DNA of 64,000 bases from Octopus bimaculoides (taxonomy: Eukaryota). Each line of letters starts with the position of its first letter. Positions within the stretch are counted from its first letter, which is position 1. The notes under the pieces are model-generated. The model saw only the letters and a list, made by a program, of their open reading frames with translations, was not told where the DNA came from and made no database searches. The stretch spans positions 46,500,755 through 46,564,754 of the forward strand of contig NC_069000.1 in assembly GCF_001194135.2 (NCBI RefSeq), given 5' to 3'. Shown in pieces: positions 49,885-64,000 of this stretch. A program made the position numbers and the translations under genes.

Positions 49885-50910
49885 GCATACACACACACAC
49901 ACATATTAGTTGTGTCGTTACATTATTCTTTAATGCATTCTGTTTAATGGTCGCCCCAAATAATATACAATTCTAAAACACCTATCCCAGCGTACTTTGT
50001 TTTAACGTGGTTCAACCCTAATATTATTAATTAATACGACGACCTTCAAGGTACCAAGAACAGTTAGGTAGGTTGCATGTATTATCTACTCGAGGGTAGC
50101 ACTAAGTTTCAACCTGCACTGGTAATTGATACGATCTTCAAGATATCTGTACCAGCTATTAATATTCCAGCTTCCCTCGTATTAGGTAATTGGATAGATT
50201 CTATAAGGAGTCGGTATATGTATATTGATGGTGGAGGCTGGCGGTAGATGATATACGTATGTTGGTACAGGGGCTGGCGTGGGATATCAATATCGGCGGG
50301 GAGGGCGATATCACTATTGTCAGCTGATAGTTGTATAATGTATGTAAATCTAGGACGGCAATTAACATACTATTCGTTCCTTGCAGTCAGTGATGTAGTG
50401 TGATGGTAATCTCACACCTTGCTAAATCTGCAGCCCGGTTTCGATTCCCAGTTGGATTGTATTCAGTTTATTTATATCACAAATAGTTTTAGAGAATACT
50501 GTGAAGAATTCCGGTCAGTGGGCTTTGTTGCATCATAGATCTAATTTCAAATTCCATCAGGGAACATGAAATTTTTCTTTTTTCTCAATTTGGGGATAAT
50601 ATCTGAACCAGCTTTTCAAGTGACCCTAAACCTTCCACACCTGTGCCAATTGGCAGAGGTCCTAGAAAAATGATGACGATATCATAGCCTACGTGGTCTA
50701 ACTACATAAGTCGGTATTTTGGTTGCGTTATTTGTAATGCGTCATCTTTACTGGGGAGGAGAGGGAATGTTGTAGACGGGTCTATAGGAAAGGTCCCTCT
50801 TTAATTTTTTCCGTGTTAGTATTTGAAAACACCACTGAAATCAAGGAAACACTCATCGACAATCCACGACGCCGTCTCCTCCCTCTGCCTCCATTCAAAA
50901 ACTCTCTCTA

Positions 50911-50967
<57 letters not shown>

Positions 50968-50997
50968 GCCTGTCTCTCTTTCTCTGTCTCTCTCTAC

Positions 50998-51028
<31 letters not shown>

Positions 51029-51536
51029 CGCATTTGCGCGCGCGTGTGCGTATGTGCGTATGTGTTTGTGTGTGTGTGTAGTTCAACTTCAAACACTTCA
51101 TCTGCCTGTTGCGGTTCAGCATCCATTTGCATTTGGAACATCCATTTGCATACGATGCAAAGAACCACAATGGCGAAATGTACATAGGAGACGTGATATA
51201 AACTGCATTTACTATGTATCATATATATATATATATATANNNNNNNNNNNNNNNNNNNNNNNNNNNNNNNNNNNNNNNNNNNNNNNNNNNNNNNNNNNNN
51301 NNNNNNNNNNNNNNNNNNNNNNNNNNNNNNNNNNNNNNNNNNNNNNNNNNNNNNNNNNNNNNNNNNNNNNNNNNNNNNNNNNNNNNNNNNNNNNNNNNNN
51401 NNNNNNNNNNNNNNNNNNNNNNNNNNNNNNNNNNNNNNNNNNNNNNNNNNNNNNNNNNNNNNNNNNNNNNNNNNNNNNNNNNNNNNNNNNNNNNNNNNNN
51501 NNNNNNNNNNNNNNNNNNNNNNNNNNNNNNNNNNNN

Positions 51537-51585
<49 letters not shown>

Positions 51586-52435
51586 TATATAAGGTTATGC
51601 ATGAAGACCAATCATGCAATATCATTATGTGTAATCACACTAAGCCTTGAACCTATGAACATGTATATGTATACATACACACACACATACACCCCCACAC
51701 CCACTCACACACCCATATAAAAAAATTTTGGAAATAAATATTTTTTTTAAATATCGAAGTTTAAAAGAAAGGCTGAAATATGTCATCAGCGAAATCTAAA
51801 ATGTTTTTGAAAAGTTTTGTATAAGTTTGTATTGTTATATATGTGTTAATGGGTATGAATGTCAGTGGGCACGCGTTTTCAAGCGTGCCTGTACGTTCGT
51901 ATAACTCCATGTATGTGTGTGCGCGTGACTGTCTTTGTGTGTGTGTGTGTGTGTGTGCGCGCGCGCGTGCATGTGTCTGCACATACAGACATGTGTGTGC
52001 GTACGTGTGTGCTGATATACTGCAGGTTTAACAAAGCCTTTGAAATCCAAGCCACAGAATGACATGTAATATGTGATAAACAGTTATAGACACCCACACT
52101 GAGAGAGAGGTGGGTGTGGGGAGGTAAGGGAAGAGACATGATATCCAGTAACCCACAGCTGATATCTAATTTGTCACCACCACATGTACTGATATCTAAA
52201 AATATCTGCACACCGCTTGAACGCGTGCCTCAGTCTCTCTCACGGTCACTTTATTTCTCATTTGATAACAGAAAACTGCTTACAAAACAGATTCACTCCC
52301 AGACTAGTATAATTAGAGATACATGCACGCACACGCGCGCGCGCACGCACACACACACACATATGTATATGTACATCTATATATATATGTATATGTATAT
52401 GCATATATATATATATATGTATATATATATGTATG

Positions 52436-52467
<32 letters not shown>

Positions 52468-55028
52468 TATATGTATATGTATATGTATATGCATATATAT
52501 ATATATATGTGTGTGTGTATGTATATTTNNNNNNNNNNATATTTTAATTGTTAGTATAATATATGTATATATTAATTATAATTATAAGGGGTGAATATAG
52601 TATAACATATATATATATATATGGGAGAATTTACGAAAAAGACAACAACAGACGAGGACAGGTGGTGTAAATAACAATATATATATGCAGAACCTCACAA
52701 GGCTTGAACCTTTGGATTAGATGTTCAATCTCACGAGAAAGAAATTTGAAACGAATCTGGAGAGAAATAGAAGAATCAACTCTGAAACTGTTCTGGTATT
52801 TTATTAATCAATCCTGAAAGGATAAAAGACAAAGTTGATCCTGGCGAATTTGAACTCTGAACGTAGAGAGCTGGAGTAAAAGTCACAGGGTATTCAATAC
52901 GATGTTCTGATGATTCTACAAATTTCCAGCCCTGATGTTCATATGATGCATGTGGTGAAAGGAAGTGAAATATTTTTGAGCCGGGATTTAAACCGTGACT
53001 CACTATTTGGTTTGCAGAGAGCGAGCTCAACTCTTGTTCTACGTCATTTGTCATTCAACAACACATCACCATTAAGATAACCATTTGCCAGAATGGTTAG
53101 AACGTCGAATACATTGATGTGCTGTAATAGTTGTGGCTCTTTATGTTATGGGTTCAAGTCCCACCGACGTCAACTTTACTTTTTATCATTTCGGCTCCGA
53201 TAAATAAAGTACCAGTGCCGTTCTGGGGCTGATATATATATATATATATATATATTAGTCTGTATTTTAGTTTATTCATCTGTCGCATCCTGTCGAGCAA
53301 TAACTATGGTATTTAAAGTCAGGTATGTCTACTGCCTCTGGGGTTGTTTTTTTTCCCAAGTTCACTTTTTCAAAGTTCCGAGTTGGCCAAAAATGCCGAA
53401 ATCAATGTAACCAATTATATCCCTAAAAGCGTTGCCCTGATATGGCCACGAAATAATTAGAGAGGTCAATGTAACTCGTGCTCCAGCACGGCCATATTTC
53501 ACTGAAAACTTCACCAAGAATGGAAATAATATAATGTAATATTGGTGATGGCGCGTGGCCTAGTGGTTACAGTGTTGTACACATGATCAAGCGATCGTGG
53601 GTTCGTCCCCGGACAGAACAGCGTGTTGTGTGCTTGAACAAGACACTTCATTTCATGTAGCTTTGCGGGTGGGAGATCGGCAGAATCATTGGCACATCGA
53701 CAGAGGTGCTTTGCGGTATATTTTCCGGCTCTCTACATTCTGAGTTCAAATCCTATCTGCCTGGAGAATGCAAAGCGATACCTCTTCAGTATTTATCCCA
53801 AGTCTAGTCATGGATGACCGTAGCTACAGTAGTCTACTTAACGGTGACAAGGGAGGGTACGGGTCCTCTCACGTCGTATAGAGCGTGCTGGAGAAGGTTC
53901 ACATGTACAGGGCCTGATCAAGGGAGGACCGCCGTTGGATATCATATTGAACAAAACTGATATTTTAAAGTTATTTAAAATGGACTAAAATCAAAATTTT
54001 AGGGTGTTATTCGTTCTGGTAATGAAACTAAGTTTTAAATTAGTTTTTATTGATTTGATAACATTTGAGAAATTTATTAATAAGTAATCAGTGTCACCGA
54101 CTTTTGGTTCAGAAACCTTGCACTTTAATTCGAAGGGAGTAGAAGAATACTGAAAGATCCCATAGTTTTTTGTTTTTTTAAGTGGGGCGAGAAAATCCTG
54201 GAGGAGAATTGAACTCACAACATTGAACGAAGTAATACAATATCATAACTGTTCGACCATTGCACCTGTGAAGTTCTAAATTACTATGAGTAAACAAACG
54301 CCTTAAAAACACGCTAAATATAACCAGAGGTAGAGACTGAGAGGATGTATATATTATATATCAGCCGAATGGATATTATCAGTCATAAAATGACTATTAA
54401 TAGCGAGCAGATACAGTGACTGATGTACATCAATGGCTGTTTGTATACGCGCGTGTGTGTATGTGTTTATATATATATATATCCTGTACGAAAAGGACTA
54501 TTTTTAGTGTGAGGTTAAAGAGCCGAGCTAGAGAAAGATATTTGATATTAAGAGAAGATAAACTAAAATACGATAAACAGATGAGCTGTGATGTAAGTGG
54601 GGATCTATGTTAAACGTTCGCTTCGGCCCTGATGTGTAGGTGTCCGGTTTATGTAAATAATATGATAATTAGGCTTAAGGTGTATCTCAATGAAATTGGT
54701 CTTACGTACCAACAGACGTCACGCATATACCACAATCTATACATTTTACATATGTGTGTGTGTGTGTGTGCATGTGTGTGTGTGTGTGTCTGGAAGAAAA
54801 TAACAATAGATTTGTTGTTGATAAATGTTTTATATTTAAAAATATATATTCTATCAATCCTCTTTATAAGAAGTATTCGCTTGTATATTTGCTTATCTCT
54901 ACGCAATTATAAATATGGGTGTCTTATATTTGTATGGCTGAGAATGTGAGTGTGTTTGCATGTTTCTGTGTGCGTGTATATATATATATATATATATATA
55001 TANNNNNNNNNNNNNNNNNNNNNNNNNN

Positions 55029-55066
<38 letters not shown>

Positions 55067-55249
55067 AAGAGAGAGAGAGAGAAAAAGAGAGAGAGAGAGA
55101 AAAAGAGAGAGAGAGAGAAAAAGAGAGAGAGACATGCATATATATATATATCTATATATATATATATATATATGCGGTTATCTTCATAAGCTTTGGTTCT
55201 GTTCACAGCTGATCGCTACAGACTGTGGTCCTTTGCTGACTCTTCCCAT

Positions 55250-56030
55250 TTCCTTTAATCGATGGAGAATTCTTTAAGGATATTTTTAATATTGGGCCGT
55301 AAAGCGCAGCTTTCGATGTTCTATTCTCCTTCTTTCTTCTACTTGTTCTACACGCAACACTTGTTTGAGAATTCAGGAGTTATCCTTTCGTGTAACATTC
55401 CTTATAAAAATCTGTGTCATCTTCATCTAAGTATCGTGTAGAGTGAAGAGACTTGTGCTCTTCGGAGTTCATTTTTTTTTTTTTGCTATTTGAGGCAAAG
55501 GATCTTTCTTAAAGAGCGCACTTGGAAGCTGTCTTCTCTCTCTCACTTTCATTATAACTTTAGAGAACACATGTCGAGTAGATTAGAATCATCGAAGTCT
55601 TTGTTATAAGCTTGTCATTTTTACACAGCGTTTTGTGAAGTTTCCCGAATACTGATGCAACTTTGCCAATTCTTCCGTTCATCTAGAGATAACGTACTGG
55701 ATATTTCAGATCGCATCACAAGAAAACAAACTTTCTAACATTATTTAGAATATCTCCACGCAGTTGGACAACCGGAGCTGACTCTATTCCATCGATATCA
55801 CCTCCGTTCTCTTGATATTAATGGTCAACGTGAAAAGACCACAAGGTGTGGTGAGGTTATCAGTTTTTGGAATGCAGCATCGCTATGGGAAGTGAGTGCA
55901 GCAGCATCGACAAAAAATAATACATTTATTAAAATTTCCGTGGTCAGTCGTTCGATTCCGACATCGCAAGTTCAACGGAGAACAATCCCCTATAGGCCTA
56001 ACATAGATTCTATCATCTTTTCCTTTGAAT
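55250..56030 (-). mobile_element. Decayed RTE LINE RT and downstream region
   Basis: ILINVLFFVDAAALTSHSDAAFQKLI (FADD box); RIGKVASVFGKLHK; FQVRSLRKIL; LRRAQVSSLYTIL. Confidence 0.8.
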
Positions 56031-56210
56031 TTATGTTACCTTCACCTGAATACATGATGAAAAAAGTAGTCTAAATTATATATATGTATATTCTCAGACA
56101 GAATACATTTTGTCGGAATAACGATTATTTATTTCATAGAAAAATAAATACCAGTTAATAGACATATATAATTAATTTGGCAAACATTTACTGATAAATG
56201 AATACACTAA

Positions 56211-56301
<91 letters not shown>

Positions 56302-56524
56302 TGTGTGTGTATCACATGCGTACTATATATAACGAGAGATTGTGTATTTGTATCGAAATGATCCAACCATCTGTTGCTGGTATATTGCATTAAGATTCTC
56401 TGTATGTGGGTATAATATAATACATCTATGCCTGTATGCATGTGTTTGTATATACATATGTATGTGAGCGTGTGTGCATGTGTGTGTGTGTGTGTGTCTA
56501 TAGATATATACATACACGCGCACA

Positions 56525-56585
<61 letters not shown>

Positions 56586-57589
56586 CTAGGATGCTATATA
56601 TCTTAATACTGTTCTGCTTCTGCAATCAGCAGCTTCCCGGTGATGCTGATTCCAGTTCAGGTGTTTCAACATACAAACAACATCAACAACAACAATATTA
56701 ACAACAACATGAACGTACTTAAGATAACATGAAACGGATCGAGAAACGTTGTCAACATCAAAGGTTTTGGGAATTTAATACCCTGAACTTTGAGGAATCC
56801 AGGTCTTCGCACATGCGCGTGCGGGCAAACACACACATCACGGGCGTACGTGCAAGCAGATAGAGGCATGCTCCCGGGACACACAGACACACACACACAC
56901 ACACACACACACATCCAAGTAGTCGAGGAGGCATATGATCCAACAATCAACTCAGTAGCATTTTCTGTGAGTATTTGGTTAATAAGGTACTCTAAAAGAA
57001 TGCCAGCGATACTAATTTTCCATCAACCAATCAATAAAATAAATAATACAATGTTAACTTCTTTATTCTGATATTAAACACTCTGTAAATCTAATTTATA
57101 TAACAAGACGCTGCGAATTTATCGTTGAGTAATAAATTAATATGATTGGAGAGTATTTAATTAAGTTACGTACGTTTCCATAGAATGGTTACTTATTCGC
57201 TTATTAATATATTACATAATAGAATAAAATAAACAGTCCATTTCGTCAGACATCAATTTACATTCAAAATATAGTTAAAATACATTTTGCTAATAAACTG
57301 ATATCTGAAGAAATGGTTTAGTTATAGTGTTCTTGTATGTAATATAATTATAAACAAGATAAATTCCGATTCTATGGAAATGTATATAACATAATTAAAT
57401 ATTTGACCCTATTCATATTCATTTATACACACACACATTTCCAATCTATCAGATCTGTATACATAAGATAGTTGTCAACGGCCATCACCTTTCGTGACCT
57501 TCAAATCTATTCTTCACTCTGTAACCGACAGCTTGAACTCTACAGACACATAACCAATGAAGTCCTAGTATCCTACATCACATTCCAGT

Positions 57590-57775
57590 TAGCTGTTGCT
57601 TTTCAGAACTTCTCCCAAAGTAATTTTGTAGTTCTTCACTCATGTAGATCCTTCTGCTCTTCCACCCTCCGATTCTCAGAATTCCCTCGTTAGTCCTAAG
57701 CTAATTAAGATATCCCTGTATTTCTTATCTCTGCGTATTTGCAGTCTGAATTGACAAGCTGTATATTCCTCTTTA
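57590..57775 (-). mobile_element. Possible DIRS/Crypton tyrosine-recombinase C-terminal remnant
   Basis: EYTACQFRL...LGLT / GILRIGGWKSRRIY resembles YSSHSFRIG...I.R.GRWKS..Y; frameshifted. Confidence 0.4.
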
Positions 57776-58789
57776 TTTTATCAACTCAGACTTAGAAGTC
57801 TGTCTCTAAGCTACGCAGTTCATGAGGCCAGACCCTGTCTGGGTTTTCAGGCTGTTTAGAACGTCTCCTAATCGTGATGGCAGTCCATCGCAAGTATAAA
57901 CCCTAGATTCCGCCGGCACCGATGTTGAGATAAATCAAATCGAACACCGTGGACTGAAGTACCTTATTCAAAGACACACAACTTTCCTGCCGGCCCGTGA
58001 ATTGAACTCACAACCTAACGATCGTGAGTGCAACATCCCAACCCCTAAGTTACGTGCCTTCCCTCTTTCAACTCAGATGTACCAAAAATAAGTCCCTCCC
58101 CAATGATGTCATCCGAATTCTAACTCAGAAAATACTTAAACTCTCAGAAGTCAACAGACTTCAGCAAGGCAATAACTGTGCTCCAGAATGGCCGTTGGTT
58201 ATGCTAATATTATTGAGGATAACTGTTAAAAGAAGACAAAACTTCATTCACCAATACACTACAAGCGCTAACTTTCCTACACAGTTCGTCCTTTCCTTGT
58301 ACGCTCCATTGGTGTTTCATCCGTCGACGATTAACTGAACACACAGATTATGTTGATCTCGTTTAAACCATTGGGATTACATTGGATTCATTTCATAAAC
58401 CATTTTGGAATTCCTAGTTATGTATGTAGAAACGTATTTTACGAATGAACGGTTCCAATATGGAATAAATTGGTTTGCCAAGGGGAAGATGGAAACTCAG
58501 ACGTTTCCGGCAGAACCACTCGTCGGAATAAGACAAATGGTTTCTGTTTATAGTCACTAATTGCCAAAACAGACGATTGTATGATTCTTTGGATCCTATT
58601 GCACGCGCACTTTACCATTCCATCATTGTTTTATAGATTTCAAGATACTTTAAGAATATTGGCAACAGGTGTGTGTGGCAATATAAAATCGTATTAGTTA
58701 TATATATTATAACATCTGATTTTATGCCAAATTATATATGAAAGCAATTTAATATTAAACTGAACAATCGTTTACATCTTTTGAGCCTG

Positions 58790-59215
58790 AGAGCTGGCAG
58801 AATCGTTAGCACGCCGGGTGAAAAAGCTTAGCGGTATTTCGTCTGTCTCTACGTTCTGAGTTCAAATTCCTCCGAGGTCGACTTTGCCTTTCATCCTTTT
58901 GGGGTCGATAAATTAATTACCAGTTGTGGACTGGGGTCGATCTAATCGATTAGCACCCTCCCCCAAAATTTCGGGCCTTGTACCGAGAGTAGAAAAGAAT
59001 ATTAAAACTGAAGGCAAGCTGGCAGAATCGGTAGCACGCCGGGTAAAATGCTGAGCGGCGTTTCGTTTGTCTTTACGCTCTGAGTTCAAATTCCGATGAG
59101 GTCGACTTTGCCTTTCATCCTTTCGGGTCAATAAAATAAGTACCAGGGCCGATGTAATCGACTTAACCCCGCCCCCGAAATTGCTGGCCTTGTGCTGAAA
59201 TTTGAAATCAATATT
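58790..59215 (+). mobile_element. Two tandem, well-preserved SINE family A copies
   Basis: gagctggcagaatcgttagcacgccggg...tctgagttcaaattcc..gaggtcgactttgcctttcatcc at 58790 and 59010. Confidence 0.9.
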
Positions 59216-60353
59216 AACCTGAAGGATTATTCCATAAGTTTTTGTGAAATATATATCTTTAAAATTTTTACAAGAGTAACTTCGAAGTTTCTGCATGCTC
59301 TCCTTCATTAGACTGTCTAATAAAGGTGAGCCAGCCGAAACTTCGAAGTCACTGCCAATAATTTTCTTCAAACAGTTAAGACATCTCCACATAAGAGTGT
59401 ACACGAACGTGTTGAATATAATTGTACACACCTATATTTCAATCAACTCCTCTTCGTGTTTCTCCAGTTAATATATGTGTGCGTGTGTGTGTATGTGTGT
59501 ATGTGTATGTGTGTGTATGTGTGTATGTGTGTATGTGTATGTGTGTGTGTATGTGTGTATGTGTATGTGTGTGTGTATGTGTGTATATGCGTATGTGTAT
59601 GTGTGTGTATGTGTATGTGTGTGTGTATGTGTGTATATGCGTATGTGTATGTGTGTGTGTGTGTGTATNNNNNNNNNNNNNNNNNNNNNNNNNNNNNNNN
59701 NNNNNNNNNNNNNNNNNNNNNNNNNNNNNNNNNNNNNNNNNNNNNNNNNNNNNNNNNNNNNNNNNNNNNNNNNNNNNNNNNNNNNNNNNNNNNNNNNNNN
59801 NNNNNNNNNNNNNNNNNNNNNNNNNNNNNNNNNNNNNNNNNNNNNNNNNNNNNNNNNNNNNNNNNNNNNNNNNNNNNNNNNNNNNNNNNNNNNNNNNNNN
59901 NNNNNNNNNNNNNNNNNNNNNNNNNNNNNNNNNNNNNNNNNNNNNNNNNNNNNNNNNNNNNNNNNNNNNNNNNNNNNNNNNNNNNNNNNNNNNNNNNNNN
60001 NNNNNNNNNNNNNNNNNNNNNNNNNNNNNNNNNNNNNNNNNNNNNNNNNNNNNNNNNNNNNNNNNNNNNNNNNNNNNNNNNNNNNNNNNNNNNNNNNNNN
60101 NNNNNNNNNNNNNNNNNNNNNNNNNNNNNNNNNNNNNNNNNNNNNNNNNNNNNNNNNNNNNNNNNNNNNNNNNNNNNNNNNNNNNNNNNNNNNNNNNNNN
60201 NNNNNNNNNNNNNNNNNNNNNNNNNNNNNNNNNNNNNNNNNNNNNNNNNNNNNNNNNNNNNNNNNNNNNNNNNNNNNNNNNNNNNNNNNNNNNNNNNNNN
60301 NNNNNNNNNNNNNNNNNNNNNNNNNNNNNNNNNNNNNNNNNNNNNNNNNNNNN

Positions 60354-60389
<36 letters not shown>

Positions 60390-60889
60390 TGTATATTTAT
60401 ATGCATACAGTCACAGACATACATTTGTCTGTGATTGTATATGTGTGTGTGTGTGTGTTTCTATACATATACATAGAGATTTATACATACATAATTTCCC
60501 ACATCCATGCATACATACTTAAGTCCATATGCAAATGTCTAAACACGCAACTGTATGTAATCATACACATTCATAAGCAAAATATACAGATCTGCACAAA
60601 CTTTTGAACATATACACACATACATGCACAAATTCCCTGCTAATGTTGGGATTCTAATGGAGGAACCATGGATCTGGGCTACAAACTGGATCTTCCTTCA
60701 TTGGTAAAGTATCTAGAAATAAAACTAAATGATAACACACGTATATATATATATGTATGTATGTATGTATATATATATATANNNNNNNNNNNNNNTATAT
60801 ATAAGCATAATAGGGTTACTCTAAACTTTTGAAGAGTATGAATTTATAGTAAAGATAGTGACTTCCAAGTTTCCGTCAGCTAAGCCAAC

Positions 60890-61175
60890 ATTGACAGTGC
60901 CATGACCCCCTTCGGTCATGAAAGATCATGGGGCTGCACCTCGAAAGTTTCCCAACCAGCCTTCCCTCTCCACGTCACCGATGTTATCCAAGGGGAAAGG
61001 CAAAAGGGGGCCGATACAGTTTGGCGCCAGTGACGTCGCAATTCGTTTCTGCAACTGAGTGAACTGGAGCAACGTGGAATAAAGTGTCTTGCCTAAGAGC
61101 ACAACTCACAACCTGGTCCGGGAATCGAACTCACTACCTCGTGATTGTGAGACCGATGCTCCAACCACTAAAGCC
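60890..61175 (-). mobile_element. Near full-length CORE-type SINE, reverse
   Basis: Revcomp: ggcttagtggttggagcatcgg...gagttcgattcccggacc...aggcaagacactttattccacgttgctccagttcactcag. Confidence 0.8.
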
Positions 61176-61401
61176 TTACTTGTAGTGTGCGAAATTCCTA
61201 TTTTGCACTTATGTATTGCACATAAAAATGAAGAGATTATTTTCGTTACTGAATAGAAAATTAAAATATGTGCAGTTTACTTGTTTATAGAGACACGATG
61301 TCGTAATCCGGAAGCTAGGCGTGACATAAAGAGAATCACAGCCATTGTTTCGAATATCGTTAATTCAGTTATTATTATCATTATCATCATCATCATCATC
61401 A

Positions 61402-61436
<35 letters not shown>

Positions 61437-61464
61437 GTTATTATTATCATCATTATTATTATTG

Positions 61465-61679
61465 AAGGCGGCGAGCTGGCAGAGTCGTCTGCACGCCAGG
61501 CAAAATGCTTAACGGTATTTCACCCGTCTTTAATTTCTGAGATCAAATTAAACCGAGGTCGACTTTGCTTTTGATCCTTTCGGGTTCGATAAATCAAGTA
61601 CCAATTGAGTACAGGGATCGATGTAATCGTCTACACCCCTCCCGCCAAATTTCAGGCCCTTGGGCCTATAGTAGAAAGG

Positions 61680-61738
<59 letters not shown>

Positions 61739-61755
61739 CATTATTATTATTATTA
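61465..61755 (+). mobile_element. SINE family A flanked on both sides by (ATT)n
   Basis: (att/atc)n gaaggcggcgagctggcagag ... cctatagtagaaagg (att)n. Confidence 0.9.
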
Positions 61756-61885
61756 CCTAAACTCTCACACAAAATGATCGACGTAACCGAATATGAAATT
61801 TAAAAATCGGAACCGATCTGTTATAAGACTAAATATATTCTTCGAATAGAGTCAGAACGTATTTCCAGGCAAAAATTTTAGTAAC

Positions 61886-61917
<32 letters not shown>

Positions 61918-62015
61918 GTGTGCGTGTGTGTGTATGTGTGTGTGTGTGTGTGTGAGTGTGAGTATGTGCATATATATGTATATGTGTGCATATACACGTA
62001 TATACATATACATAG

Positions 62016-62047
<32 letters not shown>

Positions 62048-63070
62048 CCACACACACACACACACACACACACATATTACAGAGTCGGTATATAAAACCC
62101 TATGAAATATCTGGCTGAAGCATTACTCAACACCAACAGAAGTTTGCTTTCCCTCAATTCTATATTATTACTCTTAGAATTTCACTCTTTCTTCCACATC
62201 CTGTATGTTGTTAGCATTTCGAATTATCTGTGTGTGTATGATTGTGTGTACGTGTGTGAGTGAGCGAGTGTGCGCATGCGTGATTGAGCGGAGATACGAT
62301 AACAGAAACCAGGAATGTTTAGTTTAAGAACCAGGTATGCAGCTGATGTGTGTGTGAGAGGCGAGGTGGTTGCGGTGGGGGCTAGGAAGCGATGCGGAAT
62401 GGGGCTTGTGTGTGNNNNNNNNNNNNNNNNNNNNNNNNNNNNNNNNNNNNNNNNNNNNNNNNNNNNNNNNNNNNNNNNNNAGGTGTATAAATTTCGAAGC
62501 TGCTAGGTGTGTGTTGCAAACCCGCCAAAAATAGCGAGTGTGCAGCGCACACCTAAGCTTTCTCACATAATAATAGTATCAGCGATCTTAATGAGGGACT
62601 AATTTTTCTGTCCCCTCTTATGAAATATTAGGCAGCAATTCTGAAACAGCACTGTACACCCTACAACTAATTCTCTTAAAATACTGGGTGCATCACGGTT
62701 TAATGAGAGACTGATAGATGTATAGGAGAGAAGTGTGGTAACATTTCACAAGTATAAATCTTCTGTTTGTTTTCGAGGTGGGAATTTGGATGTATAAATT
62801 CATTGGAAATTCTTTAACTGCAAAGAATTGTTTTTATACCGATTCTGTAGTTGCAGTAACATGAAAGAATCTGGGAGTTAACCATAATAATTGAGACTAA
62901 CTGAAGTTAGTTTGGGTTGAGAAGAGGGCGCGAGTGTAATACTTGTGGAGACGAAGATTAATTCAAGTCTTCGTTGTCCAGCGCAGGCAAATCATGCAGA
63001 CTTAAGGGTATGCATATGTTGGGGCATGTGTGTATGTTTACGTGTATATGTGTCTGTTTCTGTGCGCGCA

Positions 63071-63105
<35 letters not shown>

Positions 63106-63955
63106 GATGATTGTTTGTGTCCAACACTCCGACTGCTTCATTTCAATCCGTCTCTGAAACTTGATTTCTNNNNNNNNNNTGCCACCGATTTTGGTGACGC
63201 GGACTGTCCCGAATTCAGTTCTAATCAGGGAAGAGTAACTGAAAATTTCTACTTCCTGAAACTCAATGAGTCGTTGGTTCACCAATTAAGACTTGAGATT
63301 CATATAGCAAAAAGAAATCTTTGGGGTTAAGTGACTTTTGCATAACCCCGTAGTCACCGAACGCTACTTAGGGGAGGAAACGAAATCGGAATCGCAGGCT
63401 GAGTTACCATTTAATAAAGTGAACAACGGGATCTGATGAAATCGGCGATGATGATCTGTATCAGTAATTAGGGAGTATAAGCAGTTTAAAAGAGGAGCTG
63501 ATGAAACTAGTAATGATATCTATCAACAATTAGTAAGTTGATACAGTTTAAAAGTAGCAGAAGTCGGTTTACAGTAAGGAAGAGAAAATGTCTGAAGTTT
63601 TTATCAATTTCCTACGAAACTACAAAGTTTGGTTTTTGTATAATGCTGTCTGTCATTGTTTAAGGTTGTAACTTGCTTCGAACTTCTGGAAGCTATTAAT
63701 ACAGATATTGATGTGGATATTAGCAAACTTTCTTCTGATTTATAGTCGACTGTGTTGTCCTATCGATAAATATTTAATCTTAACGATGTTTGTAAAAGTT
63801 CATCCAGTCACTTCTCTATCAGAGATTCAATCATTCATTTCACACATTTATTCATGTGCATGCACACTCACGCATACACACACACACGCACACACACATA
63901 CAGACTCATAAATGTATTTTTGATGCTAAGTACAAAATATCTTGTTAATGATATG

Positions 63956-64000
<45 letters not shown>

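Noticed and set aside
56910-56975. Ras-like peptide VVEEAYDPTI before a gtgagt donor
   Set aside because: Too short, no acceptor (preceded by a CA repeat), and no other GTPase motifs.
63433-63510. Two CTGATGA motifs as hammerheads
   Set aside because: No stem II followed by GAAA.

Overview
Eukaryotic, microsatellite-saturated draft scaffold with many N gaps. The SINE families and repeat landscape look like an octopus (coleoid cephalopod); this is inference. The only confidently recognisable gene is the 3' part of a STRIP1/2 (FAM40, STRIPAK complex) homologue: 8 coding exons on + between 232 and 9308, all GT-AG and phase-compatible, giving 338 aa plus stop. The remaining ~55 kb is intronic/intergenic. 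It is filled with tRNA-derived SINEs (two or three families, some in head-to-tail arrays) and decayed mariner, piggyBac, RTE, R4/Dong-type RLE LINE, Penelope-like and DIRS-like fragments. It also holds MITE/foldback hairpins and a Helentron-like element. The most notable hand-found signal is a set of minimal hammerhead-ribozyme motifs. One at 23357-23401 (-) has a fully intact catalytic core; decayed relatives of different sequence lie at ~16.9, 23.4, 35.6 and 45.9 kb. Also noted: an apparent loss of the conserved EEMP peptide in STRIP, a CRE/CCAAT cluster with a perfect 20-bp palindrome (33.7 kb), and several candidate minus-strand exons of an unrecognised gene. No database searches or folding programs were run; family assignments rest on remembered motifs.
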